A stretch of 64,000 nt of DNA, taken from positions 86,569 to 150,568 of the forward strand of contig CAVUPH010000033.1 of NCBI GenBank assembly GCA_963743305.1, written 5' to 3'. A program made the position numbers and the translations under genes. This stretch comes from an uncultured delta proteobacterium. Lineage in GTDB: Bacteria > Desulfobacterota > RBG-13-43-22. The notes under the pieces were generated by a model, which saw only the letters and a program-made list of their open reading frames with translations, was not told the DNA's origin and did not search any database. Below are positions 1 to 10,127 of this stretch, in pieces (the first letter of the stretch is position 1; each line of letters starts with the position of its first letter).

Positions 1-27
1 GAGGATGGAAGGGGCAATTCGTTTCAT
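1..27 (-). CDS. rpe: Ribulose-phosphate 3-epimerase, N-terminus only (runs off window)
   Basis: Reverse complement reads MKRIAPSIL, the typical Rpe N-terminal IAPSIL motif; follows def-fmt-rsmB on the same strand. Confidence 0.75.
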
Positions 28-90
28 TTTCTAAACCTTTATTTTTGTAATTTAAACCATGCCCGCGGCGGGCAACCACGAAGCCTGAAT

Positions 91-163
91 ATCCCCCCCA
101 ACCCCCCCTTTTTCTAAGGGGGGAGTTGAAGTCCCCCTTAGCAAAGGGGGATTTAGGGGGATT
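91..163. repeat. Intergenic palindromic REP-like element
   Basis: atccccccca acccccc...aaggggggag...tccccctta gcaaaggggg atttaggggg att: nested C-run/G-run inverted repeats. Confidence 0.6.
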
Positions 164-211
164 TCCAATGAACTGGAATAACCACCCAACCTTTTTTTCC
201 TCATTCCAAAG

Positions 212-1564
212 CTATTTTCGTACCAACCGGGCGGCGAAGAAGCCGTCGGTCCCGTGTCGGTGCGGCCAGGCGTAATAAAAACCCCGGGGATCAGCTAACC
301 CCCCCGCCGGTCCCGGCAGATAGGGAGCTACCGAATCAAGGAAAAATTCGGTGTGCCTGGTCAGGAATCGTTCTATCACCCTTTCGTTTTCAAGCGGGCA
401 TAAGGTGCAGGTCGAATAAACCAACGTTCCCTTGGGTTTAAGGTATTCAGCCGCCTTTTGCAAGAATTTAATTTGCTGTTCCGCCAGGCGTTCGCTGTCT
501 TCCCAGCGGATGCGCCATTTAAGGTCCGGGTGACGCCGGATCACCCCCCAGCCGCTGCAGGGGGCGTCGACCAGGATGCGGTCAAAGGCTGGTTGATCTT
601 TCTGGAAAAAGTCCGGTTGCAGGAAATCCCCGGTCCGGAAGCGGATATTTTTTATTCCCATCCTGAGGGCATTTTTCCATAAATCCCGGATCTTCCGGGG
701 GTTGGAGTCGACCGCTAAAACCGATCCCCGGTTTTCAAGGAACTGGGCCAGATGGGTGGTTTTTCCCCCGACGCCCGAGCAAAGATCCAGGACCCTTTCT
801 CCGGGCTTGGGATGGAGGAGATAAGCGATCAACTGGGAAGCCTCATCCTGGATCTGGTAAAGCCCCTCCCGGTAAGGTCCCGAGGCATGGAGCGGGGCCT
901 GAGGCCGAAGGATACGGAGGCCCACCGGTGAGAAGGGCGTGGGGCTCAGCGGTCCGACCTCCCTTTCCAGACGAGGGTACAGTTCTTCCCGGCTGCCCTT
1001 GAGGGTGTTGACTCGCAAGTCCAGGGGCGGGATTTGATTGTCGGCCTCGCAGAGGGAAAGGGTTTCCTTCGGTCCCAAGGTGTCCAGCCAGTAGTTCACC
1101 AGCCAGACGGGGTGGGATTGGGTAATGGTCAAGTAACCCGGGAGATCGTCGGGAGTGGGAAAGGCCAAAGATTCCTGTATTCGGCACAAAGCTCGAAGGG
1201 TCCCGTTGATCAACCCGCCGGTCCAGGGCTCGGGCCCGGACTTGGCCAATTTGACCGATTCGTTCACGGCGGCCGAGGCCGGCACCCGGTCCAGGAGAAG
1301 AAGCTGAAAGGCCCCCAGGCGGAGAATGGACAGAGTCCGGAAAGAAAGTTTCTTTAGGGGGGCGTGAAGGCACTTTTCCAGCGCCCAGTCGATCCTGGAC
1401 CGCCAGCGATAGACTCCGAAGAGCAGTTGCTGGATAAAGGCGCGGTCAATCGAGGGGATGTCCGGATGTTTCTCGTAGAGTTCCCAGAGCATTCGATCCG
1501 GAAAGAGGTCGGTTTTTTGACCATGAAGCAGGAGGGTCAGGGCCCAATCACGGGCGGAGGGCAT
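212..1564 (-). CDS. rsmB: 16S rRNA m5C967 methyltransferase RsmB (Sun)
   Basis: NusB-like N-terminus; IQDEASQL, VLDLCSGVGGKT, DAPCSG and YSTCT motifs; adjacent to fmt. Confidence 0.95.
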   Translation of the reverse strand: MPSARDWALTLLLHGQKTDLFPDRMLWELYEKHPDIPSIDRAFIQQLLFGVYRWRSRIDWALEKCLHAPLKKLSFRTLSILRLGAFQLLLLDRVPASAAVNESVKLAKSGPEPWTGGLINGTLRALCRIQESLAFPTPDDLPGYLTITQSHPVWLVNYWLDTLGPKETLSLCEADNQIPPLDLRVNTLKGSREELYPRLEREVGPLSPTPFSPVGLRILRPQAPLHASGPYREGLYQIQDEASQLIAYLLHPKPGERVLDLCSGVGGKTTHLAQFLENRGSVLAVDSNPRKIRDLWKNALRMGIKNIRFRTGDFLQPDFFQKDQPAFDRILVDAPCSGWGVIRRHPDLKWRIRWEDSERLAEQQIKFLQKAAEYLKPKGTLVYSTCTLCPLENERVIERFLTRHTEFFLDSVAPYLPGPAGGLADPRGFYYAWPHRHGTDGFFAARLVRK

Positions 1565-2518
1565 TTATGGACCTAATTTTTCCCCAACCCGAAGATGAAA
1601 ACCAATCAGGAAATCCTGACTGTTCAGGCGGCGATGACCTTCCAATTGAACTTCCAATAAAGACAGCGTTCCCTCCCCGGTAAGGACCTGAATTTGGGCA
1701 TGCTCAAAGGAAACTATGGTGCCCGGCTCACCGGAGGCTTTTCCCTCCAGGGGTTGAGCACAGTGGATGATCAATCGTTTCCCCCGCAAAAAAGTAAAGG
1801 CTCCCGGCCAGGGCGTCAAGCCCCGTATCCAGAAATCCAATTCCGGCGCGGAAAGCTGCCAGTCGATCCGGCCTTGGGATTTTTTTAAGGGGGGAGCATA
1901 ACTGGCCTGTTCCGGATCCTGGGGGCGGGCCTCTAAGGTCCCGGCCCTCAAAGACTGGAGGGTCTTGACCAACAGATCGGCCCCCAGACCGGCCAACCGG
2001 TCATGGAGGGTCTGGGCCGTGTCGGTTGTTGAAATGGGAGTCGGTTCCTGGAGCAGCAGAGCCCCGGTATCCAGGCCCGCGTCCAGGCGCATGGTAGTGA
2101 TCCCGGTTTCTTTTTCCCCCGAAATCAGTGCCCATTGAATGGGAGCCGCCCCGCGAAATTTGGGGAGTAGGGAGGCATGAACGTTGATGGACCCCCAGGC
2201 CGGAATATCCAGAACAGGTTGAGGCAGGATCAGGCCATAGGCCACGACGATCAATAGATCCGGGCGGTAGGCGGATAGGGTTTCCATCACGACGGGATCT
2301 TTAAGTGATTTGGGCTGCACCAGAGGGAGCCCGTAAGCCAGGGCCGTTTCCTTTATCGGGGATCGGGCCAAACGCTGTCCGCGTCCTTTGGGGCGGTCCG
2401 GCTGGGTAAAAACGGCCAACACCTGTTCGTTATTATCCAGTAGTTTTTTCAGGCAGGGCAAGGCAAAGCCAGGGGTCCCCATAAAAACCAGACGGGAATA
2501 ATCAGACGAGTCCATCAA
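1565..2518 (-). CDS. fmt: Methionyl-tRNA formyltransferase
   Basis: FMGTP, TQPDRPKGRG and NVHASLLPKFRGAAPI motifs. Confidence 0.97.
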   Translation of the reverse strand: MMDSSDYSRLVFMGTPGFALPCLKKLLDNNEQVLAVFTQPDRPKGRGQRLARSPIKETALAYGLPLVQPKSLKDPVVMETLSAYRPDLLIVVAYGLILPQPVLDIPAWGSINVHASLLPKFRGAAPIQWALISGEKETGITTMRLDAGLDTGALLLQEPTPISTTDTAQTLHDRLAGLGADLLVKTLQSLRAGTLEARPQDPEQASYAPPLKKSQGRIDWQLSAPELDFWIRGLTPWPGAFTFLRGKRLIIHCAQPLEGKASGEPGTIVSFEHAQIQVLTGEGTLSLLEVQLEGHRRLNSQDFLIGFHLRVGEKLGP

Positions 2519-2647
2519 TAATAACCTCGCAAAAAGTCAAAAAACGACTTTCTGCTCGGCGGGGGAGGGTTTCCCACTCCCCCGCCATTGGAAATGAATT
2601 CCAATGGTGCCACCCCCTCCCAGCCCGGCGCTTAATCGCGCTCGGGC

Positions 2648-3178
2648 TTATGATGGACTTTGAACGAGTCCATCATTTGACTTCAGTTGTTTTTGGCGCC
2701 GTTTCTTGTAAAGGGCCCTTTTCAGGGGGCTGATGCGGTCCAGCATGAGGACTCCTTCGAGGTGGTCAATCTCATGCTGCAGGACCACGGCCAGCATCCC
2801 TTCTCCGCAGATTTCCACCGGTTCTCCCTGGGCGTTTAATCCCCGAACGGTAACCCGGGCGTGCCTTTTCACCTCCGCATAATACTCGGGCACGCTGAGA
2901 CAACCCTCTTCCTGAGTTTGAGAGCCATCGGCGGAGATGATTTCCGGATTGATCAATGCCTCGGGGTTTCGGGGCTGATCCTTGGGAGTGATATCATAAA
3001 CGATGAGCCGCAGCGGTTTTCCCACCTGGTTGGCGGCCAGCCCGATTCCCGGCGCTTGGTACATGGTCTCAATCATATCCTCGACCAATTGAAGGACGGA
3101 GTCGTCAATGGCCGTTATGGGAACGGCCTTTTGCTTCAGGACCGGGTTGGGGTAGGTACAAATGTTTAAAACAGGCAT
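2648..3178 (-). CDS. def: Peptide deformylase
   Basis: GIGLAANQVG, EGCLS and QHEIDHLEG motifs. Confidence 0.97.
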   Translation of the reverse strand: MPVLNICTYPNPVLKQKAVPITAIDDSVLQLVEDMIETMYQAPGIGLAANQVGKPLRLIVYDITPKDQPRNPEALINPEIISADGSQTQEEGCLSVPEYYAEVKRHARVTVRGLNAQGEPVEICGEGMLAVVLQHEIDHLEGVLMLDRISPLKRALYKKRRQKQLKSNDGLVQSPS

Positions 3179-3228
3179 ATCCTAAAATAACAATTTATAC
3201 GCCAAATTTCAAATATTTTTGGCTAGTT

Positions 3229-5640
3229 TTACAACATATCCACCGGATCCACATCCAGAATCAGTTGGACTCCGGAGCCCCTGAGGAACCGCCTGCTGTT
3301 TTCCAGAACCCAGGCGGAGATCTGATGCAGCATCCGGGGGTCTTTCCCTTTCAGTAAAATCTGCCAGCGGTACCGACCTTTGATTTTATTGATCGGAGCC
3401 GGTACCGGACCCAATAGGGTCAGGGAGGAGATCAGATTTCGTTTTTCTCTTTCCAGAGACAGCTGGATACCGATTTCCTGGGCCTTCTCTCGGACCCCTG
3501 TTTCCGGGTTGCCCTGAATAAGTATATGGACCAACCGGGTGAAGGGGGGATATTCAAATTCACGGCGGAATTTGAGTTCCTGGCGGTAGAAACCCAGGTA
3601 ATCGTGACGACGGACATATTCAAAGATATAATGATCGGGGTTATAGGTCTGAATGAATACCTTTCCCGGATAGGGGCCCCGTCCGGCCCGGCCGGCGACC
3701 TGGGCCAAGAGCTGGAAGGTCCGCTCCCCTGATCGGAAATCCGGCCAATTGAGGGATAGATCGGCGCACAATACGCCGATCAGGGTTACTCCGGGGAAAT
3801 CGTGCCCTTTGGTGATCATCTGGGTGCCGACCAGGATCTGGGTTTTTCGATCCTGAAAACGTTTGAGGATCTGGTAATGAGCATTTTTCTTGGACACCGT
3901 ATCCCGGTCGAGTCGATCGATAACGGTTTCCGGGAAAAGCATTTTAAGTTCTTTTTCAACTTTTTCGGTGCCCCAGCCGATGGTCTTGATCCCCTCTCGC
4001 CCGCAGGCCGGGCAAAGAGGAAGCAAGGGCTGATGAAAACCGCAGAGATGGCAGAGCAATTCCTGAGAAGCCGCGTGGAAGGTTAAGGAGACCGAACAGT
4101 TTCGGCAGCGGACCGGAGCTCCGCAGAGAGTGCATAAGGTCAGCGGTTCGAACCCCCGTCGGTTGAGGAAAAAGAGGATCTGGTGTCCCGCTTCCACCTG
4201 GGTCCTGACGGCTTCCAACAAAGGAGGCGACAGCGGCGTTCTCTGACGCCCTTTTCTGAATTGCTTAAGATCGATCAGGCTGATCTCGGGCATGGCCCGC
4301 TGACGAACCCGACGGGTCAACGGGAGATAAGCCATTTTTTTCCGGTCTTGAAGGTGAAGGGTGGTCAGGGAAGGAGTGGCAGAACCCAAGACGGCTACTG
4401 CCTGGGCCAGTTGGGCCCGGACCAGGGCCAGATCCCGGGCATGGTATCTCAAAGATTCCTGCTGTTTCAAGGAGGGATCATGCTCCTCGTCCACGACGAT
4501 CAACCCCAGGGCTTCCAGGGGGGCAAAAATCGCGGATCGGGTCCCCACCACGATCGGGGTTTCCCCCACTTGGATGCGCCTCCATTGATCCAGTCGTTCC
4601 CTGGGGGAAAGACCGCTGTGGAGGACGGCAATTTTTTCACCAAACCGGGTACGGAACCGTCCTTCCATTTGGGGCACCAGACCGATTTCCGGTACCAGGA
4701 TCAGGGCTTGACGGTTCCGGACCAGGGTATCCTCCGCCGCCCGCAAATAAACTTCCGTTTTCCCCGAACCGGTGACTCCGTGAAGAAGTAGAGACCGGTA
4801 TTGCCCGTCGGCCAGTGCCCGCTTTATTTTTTCCAGGGCCTGCTCCTGCTCAGCGGTCAAATCAACCGGCCTTTCTTCAACGCAAAAAATTTCCCCCAGC
4901 GGGTTTTGAATACAGGGTTGTTCCCGGATCTCCAGCAGGCCTTTCCGACACCATTGGTTTAGCCGCCGGGACGAAAGGGGGAAAAAAAGGCGCAAATCCG
5001 TTAAGGGCATTCCTTCCGGCCGTTGCAGATAAGCATGGAGGGGCCGATCCTTTTCAGAAAAAGCCTCCTCCGAAAAACCGGGACCGGGATAGATCCATTT
5101 GATTTTTTTGGTGCGGGTCTTCTCTTTCGGCAGGTCTTTTCTTCTGCTGATCAAACCCTGGGCCTGCAACCGGGCAACCAATTTTTTTTGTTCTACGTCC
5201 AACTTACCCCAGGGCCGTCTTTTTTGGGTAAGATCGGTCAGTAATTCCCGCTCCAGCCGGGGCAAAGGAGACGTTTTAAGGGTTTCCACGCCGCGGGGGG
5301 TGATTTCAATCACTTCCCGACTGTTCACGGCCAGTCCCGGGGGCAGAGCCGCTTTGATCACCTGTCCCAGAGGGTGGTGGTAATATCGGGAAATCCAGCT
5401 TAAAAAGGCCCGCAGGGAGGGACTGAAAAAGGGTTGAGGGTCGAGGATCTGCTCGATCATTTTTATGGATTGTTCGGGACCGGGGTCCAGGGCCGGCCCC
5501 CAGAGATAGCCGGTAACCCGCTGGTTCCGTAAGGGGACCAGGACCCGTTGCCCTATCTCCGGAGGAATAGGGGTTGGCGTTGGGAGCTGATAGACATAGG
5601 GCTGGTCTAAAGGTGGGATGACCACCTGGAAAAAAGACAT
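3229..5640 (-). CDS. priA: Primosomal protein N' (PriA helicase)
   Basis: GVTGSGKTEVY, DEEH, Cys-rich zinc region, GTQMITKGHDFP, QVAGRAGR, C-terminal DVDP. Confidence 0.97.
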   Translation of the reverse strand: MSFFQVVIPPLDQPYVYQLPTPTPIPPEIGQRVLVPLRNQRVTGYLWGPALDPGPEQSIKMIEQILDPQPFFSPSLRAFLSWISRYYHHPLGQVIKAALPPGLAVNSREVIEITPRGVETLKTSPLPRLERELLTDLTQKRRPWGKLDVEQKKLVARLQAQGLISRRKDLPKEKTRTKKIKWIYPGPGFSEEAFSEKDRPLHAYLQRPEGMPLTDLRLFFPLSSRRLNQWCRKGLLEIREQPCIQNPLGEIFCVEERPVDLTAEQEQALEKIKRALADGQYRSLLLHGVTGSGKTEVYLRAAEDTLVRNRQALILVPEIGLVPQMEGRFRTRFGEKIAVLHSGLSPRERLDQWRRIQVGETPIVVGTRSAIFAPLEALGLIVVDEEHDPSLKQQESLRYHARDLALVRAQLAQAVAVLGSATPSLTTLHLQDRKKMAYLPLTRRVRQRAMPEISLIDLKQFRKGRQRTPLSPPLLEAVRTQVEAGHQILFFLNRRGFEPLTLCTLCGAPVRCRNCSVSLTFHAASQELLCHLCGFHQPLLPLCPACGREGIKTIGWGTEKVEKELKMLFPETVIDRLDRDTVSKKNAHYQILKRFQDRKTQILVGTQMITKGHDFPGVTLIGVLCADLSLNWPDFRSGERTFQLLAQVAGRAGRGPYPGKVFIQTYNPDHYIFEYVRRHDYLGFYRQELKFRREFEYPPFTRLVHILIQGNPETGVREKAQEIGIQLSLEREKRNLISSLTLLGPVPAPINKIKGRYRWQILLKGKDPRMLHQISAWVLENSRRFLRGSGVQLILDVDPVDML

Positions 5641-5761
5641 GGGGACAGGTTTTTTACCTTTATTTATCGGATGGTTAATTGTAGCATACGGGTTGGTTGA
5701 GGTACCGTCGGTTAAAAGGACAGACCTACAAAATGTCTGTCATCAGCGACTAAGGATTCCC

Positions 5762-6670
5762 ATGCGTTCCATTGAGCAAATCGTTTCGGCCTTGGAAAAA
5801 CATCATTATATAACGGATCGGCCTCTGGCCACAGTTTTATTTCTGGCCCAAGCCCTTAAGAAACCTGTTTTTCTCGAGGGGGAGCCCGGGGTAGGGAAGA
5901 CCGAGGTGGCCTTGGTGCTTTCCCGGATATTAAAAACCCGGCTGATTCGCCTTCAATGTTACGAGGGGTTGGACGTCCAGACCGCCTTGTATGAGTGGAA
6001 TTATCCGAAACAGATCTTAAGCATCCGCCTGGCGGAAGCCGCCGGCCGGGGTTCGAATGACCTGGAAAAACATATTTTTAGCGAGGAATTTCTGATAAAG
6101 AGGCCCTTGCTCGAAGCGATTCTCAGTTCGGAACCCCGGCCGCCGGTCCTCTTGATCGACGAACTGGACCGGGCTGACGAAGAATTCGAAGCCTTTTTGT
6201 TGGAAATACTTTCCGATTTCCAAATATCCATCCCCGAAATCGGGACCCTCAAAGCCAAAAAGCGTCCTTGGGTGATCATTACCTCCAATCGGACCAGGGA
6301 TATCCACGACGCCCTTAAGCGGAGGTGTCTCTACCACTGGATTGAGTACCCATCGATGGAAAAGGAATTTCAGATCATCCTCTCCCGCATACCTAAGATC
6401 GATCACTCCCTGGCAGGGAAAATCGCCCGGTTTATGTCCAGGCTGCGCAGCCAGGATCTTCAAAAAATGCCGGGGATCTCCGAGAGTCTCGACTGGGCCT
6501 GGGCCCTGATTCACTTGCACAAGCCGACCCTGGATGAACAAACCGTGGAGGAAACGTTGGGCTGTATCCTGAAATACCAGGAGGACCAACGTTTTTTTCG
6601 GGAAAAAGTGCTGGGGGATGAAGGACGGCGGCAAGCCTTTTTTGGGACCGATGCCGGGGCCCCGGGTTAA
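5762..6670 (+). CDS. MoxR-family AAA+ ATPase (CoxD-like)
   Basis: LEGEPGVGKTE, RLQCYEGLD, LLIDELDRADEEFE and ALKRRC motifs; start placed at ATG 5762 because the longer ORF overlaps priA. Confidence 0.88.
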   Translation: MRSIEQIVSALEKHHYITDRPLATVLFLAQALKKPVFLEGEPGVGKTEVALVLSRILKTRLIRLQCYEGLDVQTALYEWNYPKQILSIRLAEAAGRGSNDLEKHIFSEEFLIKRPLLEAILSSEPRPPVLLIDELDRADEEFEAFLLEILSDFQISIPEIGTLKAKKRPWVIITSNRTRDIHDALKRRCLYHWIEYPSMEKEFQIILSRIPKIDHSLAGKIARFMSRLRSQDLQKMPGISESLDWAWALIHLHKPTLDEQTVEETLGCILKYQEDQRFFREKVLGDEGRRQAFFGTDAGAPG

Positions 6671-7856
6671 CCTGCCCGTCTGCGCCGGACCGGGTCCTCT
6701 GCCCGGGGTCCTGAACCAAGAGCGGCTCTCCGGAAGGGTTCATCGTTTTGGACGCCGATTGAAATCCTTGGGAATACCGGTGACCCTTACCGGGGTTCGC
6801 GATGCCCTGCGTTCTCTGCTCTATGTGGATATAACCCGAAAAGCCGATTTCGAGATCGCCCTGCGGGCCAATTTAATTTTTCGAAAGGAGGATCTGGGTC
6901 TTTTCGAGGCCGAATTCGATTATTTCTGGCGTTCCCTGGAAATCCCGGAAGAACCGGGGCCCAGCCGGGAGTCCGGGATCAGCCCCAGCCTTTGGCCGGC
7001 AGATCGGGGGATGGGGGAGGAAGATTCACGCGTCGTCGAAGAGAAGACCGGAAGGCTTTTCAGCCGGGCCGAGGTGCTGGCCGAAAAAGATTTCCAGGCC
7101 TGGGAGGAGGACGACTGGCAGGAGGTCTCCCGCTGGGTGCGGCATTGGGTCCGTCCATTGATTAACCGCCATTCCCTTCGTTTTCGATCCTCCCATCGCG
7201 GATCGAGGCTCGAAATCCGAAAAATGCTTCGCCGGAGCCTGCGGGTGGGGGGGGATTTGACGGCCCTGGCCTATCGCCGGAAGAAAATCAAGCCGCGGCG
7301 GTTGATTTTTCTGGCCGATGTAAGCGGGTCCATGGAGCAGTACGGACGGTATTTCTTTCTTTTTCTGCAGGCCTGGCTGCAGGACCGTTTTCCGGTGGAG
7401 GTTTTTGCTTTTTCCACCCGTTTGACCTATTTAACCCCTTTGATTAAATCAAAAAAGAGGGAAGAGGTGAGGGAGATCGTTTCCGCTCACGTCCCTCAAT
7501 GGTCAAGCGGAACCCGGATCGGGGAGTCTTTAGGGCAGTTTTTACGGACTTACGGCAAAAAGCTTTTGGGGACCCGAAGTCTGGTCCTGATTTTCAGTGA
7601 CGGCTGGGACTTGGGGGAGCCGGAGGTATTGCGGGAGGCCATGCGTAGAATTCACCGACGGTCTCATAAGATCCTCTGGTTGAATCCTCTGATGGGGTGC
7701 GCCGATTACCAACCCATTTGCCGAGGCATGGCCGCGGCCCTGCCCTGGGTGGATCGCTTACTTCCGGCCCATAACCTGCGCACCTTTTGGGAAACGGCGG
7801 CATTAGTCAAGAGCCTGTTGGTCACCGGAAAATATGTTGATTTGGAAGGCGTATGA
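6618..7856 (+). CDS. VWA domain protein (CoxE-like)
   Basis: DVSGSME MIDAS motif, GTRIGESL, SDGWD and WLNPL; paired with the MoxR ATPase; start uncertain. Confidence 0.85.
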   Translation: MKDGGKPFLGPMPGPRVNLPVCAGPGPLPGVLNQERLSGRVHRFGRRLKSLGIPVTLTGVRDALRSLLYVDITRKADFEIALRANLIFRKEDLGLFEAEFDYFWRSLEIPEEPGPSRESGISPSLWPADRGMGEEDSRVVEEKTGRLFSRAEVLAEKDFQAWEEDDWQEVSRWVRHWVRPLINRHSLRFRSSHRGSRLEIRKMLRRSLRVGGDLTALAYRRKKIKPRRLIFLADVSGSMEQYGRYFFLFLQAWLQDRFPVEVFAFSTRLTYLTPLIKSKKREEVREIVSAHVPQWSSGTRIGESLGQFLRTYGKKLLGTRSLVLIFSDGWDLGEPEVLREAMRRIHRRSHKILWLNPLMGCADYQPICRGMAAALPWVDRLLPAHNLRTFWETAALVKSLLVTGKYVDLEGV

Positions 7857-7916
7857 CGAGAAATCGGGGAATGGTAATTCGATACCTTGAGCAATCTGAA
7901 TCTCGGTCTCGGTAAG

Positions 7917-9041
7917 ATGAAAGTTTCCTTCGTTACCTCGGATTTGAAACTCTCGGGAGGAATAATGGTAGTCGCTGAATATGCTAGCCGTTTAGCCGCC
8001 CGTGGGCACCAGGTTTGCGTAATTAGTTCCGCGGGGGAGGCGAGCCCCTTGATCGCTCTTCTATTGTCTGAGGTAGAAATTAGGAAAACAGAAATTTCAT
8101 TAGAGCGCGTTTTAAAAAATCGGTGGGGGCAGTTACGTTTTTGTTGGCAGTTAGCCCAAAAAGTTCCTTCCTCCGATTGGGTCATCGCCACACACACCCC
8201 GACGACTATTCCTACTCTTTTGGCCACCAGTTGGTTTTGGCGAAAAGGGAGTCCCTCCTGGTTGTACGCCGATTTCCGGGAAATGTTTGACACCCGGACC
8301 ATGGAGCGATGGCTCGTTACCGTAGCTCCCCGATTTTTTAAACGACTGCTGGTTTTCTCTCGAGACAGTCAGGAAGAAATTTGGAAGAATTGCAAAAAAA
8401 AATCGATGGTCGTGGGATTGGGTCTAAGCAACCTGGCCGATTTCAATCAGGTAATTCCTAGAGCGGTCAACCAGACACCTTTTAAGGTAATGACCATTAC
8501 GGATAAGCGGCCGAGGAAAGGATTGACTGATTTTTTGTCGGCCATGGACAGAGTCGGTCGGAAAATTTCTGGTCTTCAACTGATCATCGTCTCCAAGGAA
8601 CCGCTGGAAGTGGATAGCAGTCTACCGTATCGATTATTTATTAACCCACCCCGCAGTCGGCTGATAAAATTATTGCACGAGGCGTCCCTTTTCGTTTCCG
8701 CTTCTTGGAAGGAAGGGTTCGGGTTACCGCCGTTGGAAGCCATGGCCAGTGGAACCCCCGTGGTATTGACCGATTCAGGAGGAGTCAGAGATTATGCTCA
8801 AAACGAGGTCAACTGCCTTCTCGTGCCGCCGAAATCACCTGTTAAACTGGCGGAGGCGATTATCCAGTTGCTTAATGATAACCGGCTGGCAGAGAAATTC
8901 TCCCGAGCGGGGTTGGAAACTGTGAAAACTTTTTCCTGGGAAAAGGCGACTGACCGTTTTGAACAGGCGCTAAGTGGACCTATCCCGCGAGGGATTCTTC
9001 CATCCACTTGGAGAGTATTTTGGCCGCCGCGCCGACACTGA
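7917..9041 (+). CDS. Glycosyltransferase family 4
   Basis: SGGIMVVAEYA N-terminus; RKG and EGFGLPPLEAMASGTPVV motifs. Confidence 0.9.
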   Translation: MKVSFVTSDLKLSGGIMVVAEYASRLAARGHQVCVISSAGEASPLIALLLSEVEIRKTEISLERVLKNRWGQLRFCWQLAQKVPSSDWVIATHTPTTIPTLLATSWFWRKGSPSWLYADFREMFDTRTMERWLVTVAPRFFKRLLVFSRDSQEEIWKNCKKKSMVVGLGLSNLADFNQVIPRAVNQTPFKVMTITDKRPRKGLTDFLSAMDRVGRKISGLQLIIVSKEPLEVDSSLPYRLFINPPRSRLIKLLHEASLFVSASWKEGFGLPPLEAMASGTPVVLTDSGGVRDYAQNEVNCLLVPPKSPVKLAEAIIQLLNDNRLAEKFSRAGLETVKTFSWEKATDRFEQALSGPIPRGILPSTWRVFWPPRRH

Positions 9042-10049
9042 GGCGTTGATGATAAAGTCGGCGACCATTGGCCCCCAGGGTCTTACGCAGCGTATCATCC
9101 CCGATTAAGGTTTCAATCGCTTGGGCTAAGGCCTGGGCATTAGCGGTAGGACACATGAACGCATCCTGGCCATGGGTTAATACCTCGCGGTTGGCTGGGG
9201 TATCGCCAACAATAACGGGTTTAGCATTCGTCAAGAATTGAAAAGTTTTATTAGAAATAACGCGATGGGCCTTGGGAATATCTGAAAAATGCCCCCCTAA
9301 ACAAATATCCGCCTGGGCGATGTAATGGGCCAGGTCTTGGTAGGGTATCGGGCCGGTGAACTCGATATTGGTCAATCTGCTCCGGTTAACCTCCTCCAGG
9401 CATTTGGGGAATAAGGGGCCCTTCCCCCCCAAGATAAAACGAATATGGGGGAGTCTCTTTGCGGCGTTAATTATGATATCCATTCCGTGCAAGGGGAGGA
9501 ATCCGCTAACCGTAAATACAGTCGCCGTCTTTTGATGGACAAGAGACGGAGACCGCTCGGGGACTTGGTCGGGGCAGCCTAAGTACAATACCTCGATTTT
9601 TTTTTAAGGGCAGACGGAAAGTCTCGCTAAAATAGTGGGCCTGGGCCAGGGAGTCAAGAATGAGGCGACTTGCGGACAAGGCCGCCCAGTCGATCCAAAG
9701 CATAGGACAAATAGCCGATGGGGGAACGGGGAGAGTATTTTTGGCGGTCGAAACAAAGGGTGTCGTAGACGGATATTAAGCTGTCAAAGAGGATCGGTTT
9801 GGAGGTGAGCCGTCGCAAGAAGGGAACAAGCAAGTGCCCGAAAAAACCGACTATAATAACATCGCTGTTTTTTATGGCACCTGAGGTAAGAAGTTTGTTG
9901 AATAGAAGTAAGGAGCGGAATAAAATAGATCTTCCCGGGATGTCGTCCGTGACCTCGACGATCTCACAAGGGTTCAAGGCCAAGGCCTGTAACAATGCGG
10001 CATTTCGAGGATAACTGGCTTCTCTTCCACAGGTAAAAAGTATCCGCAT
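8980..10049 (-). CDS. Glycosyltransferase family 4, broken by two +1 frameshifts (about 9690 and the A9 tract at 9597-9605)
   Basis: Three ORF pieces join as MRILFTCGRE...YALDR/AALSASRLILDSLAQAHYF...LKK/IEVLYLGC...LHG...KAHRVISNKTFQ. Confidence 0.8.
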
Positions 10050-10127
10050 CGCATTTCCTTGATTAGTGGATCGGTTCATCAGCGATTATAATGGCAGCCC
10101 CTGAAATGATCAAATTAAATTAGGTGT

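Noticed and set aside
9597-9605. A9 tract frameshift in the glycosyltransferase as phase variation
   Set aside because: The same gene has a second frameshift outside a long tract, and similar insertions hit waaA; sequencing error is more parsimonious.
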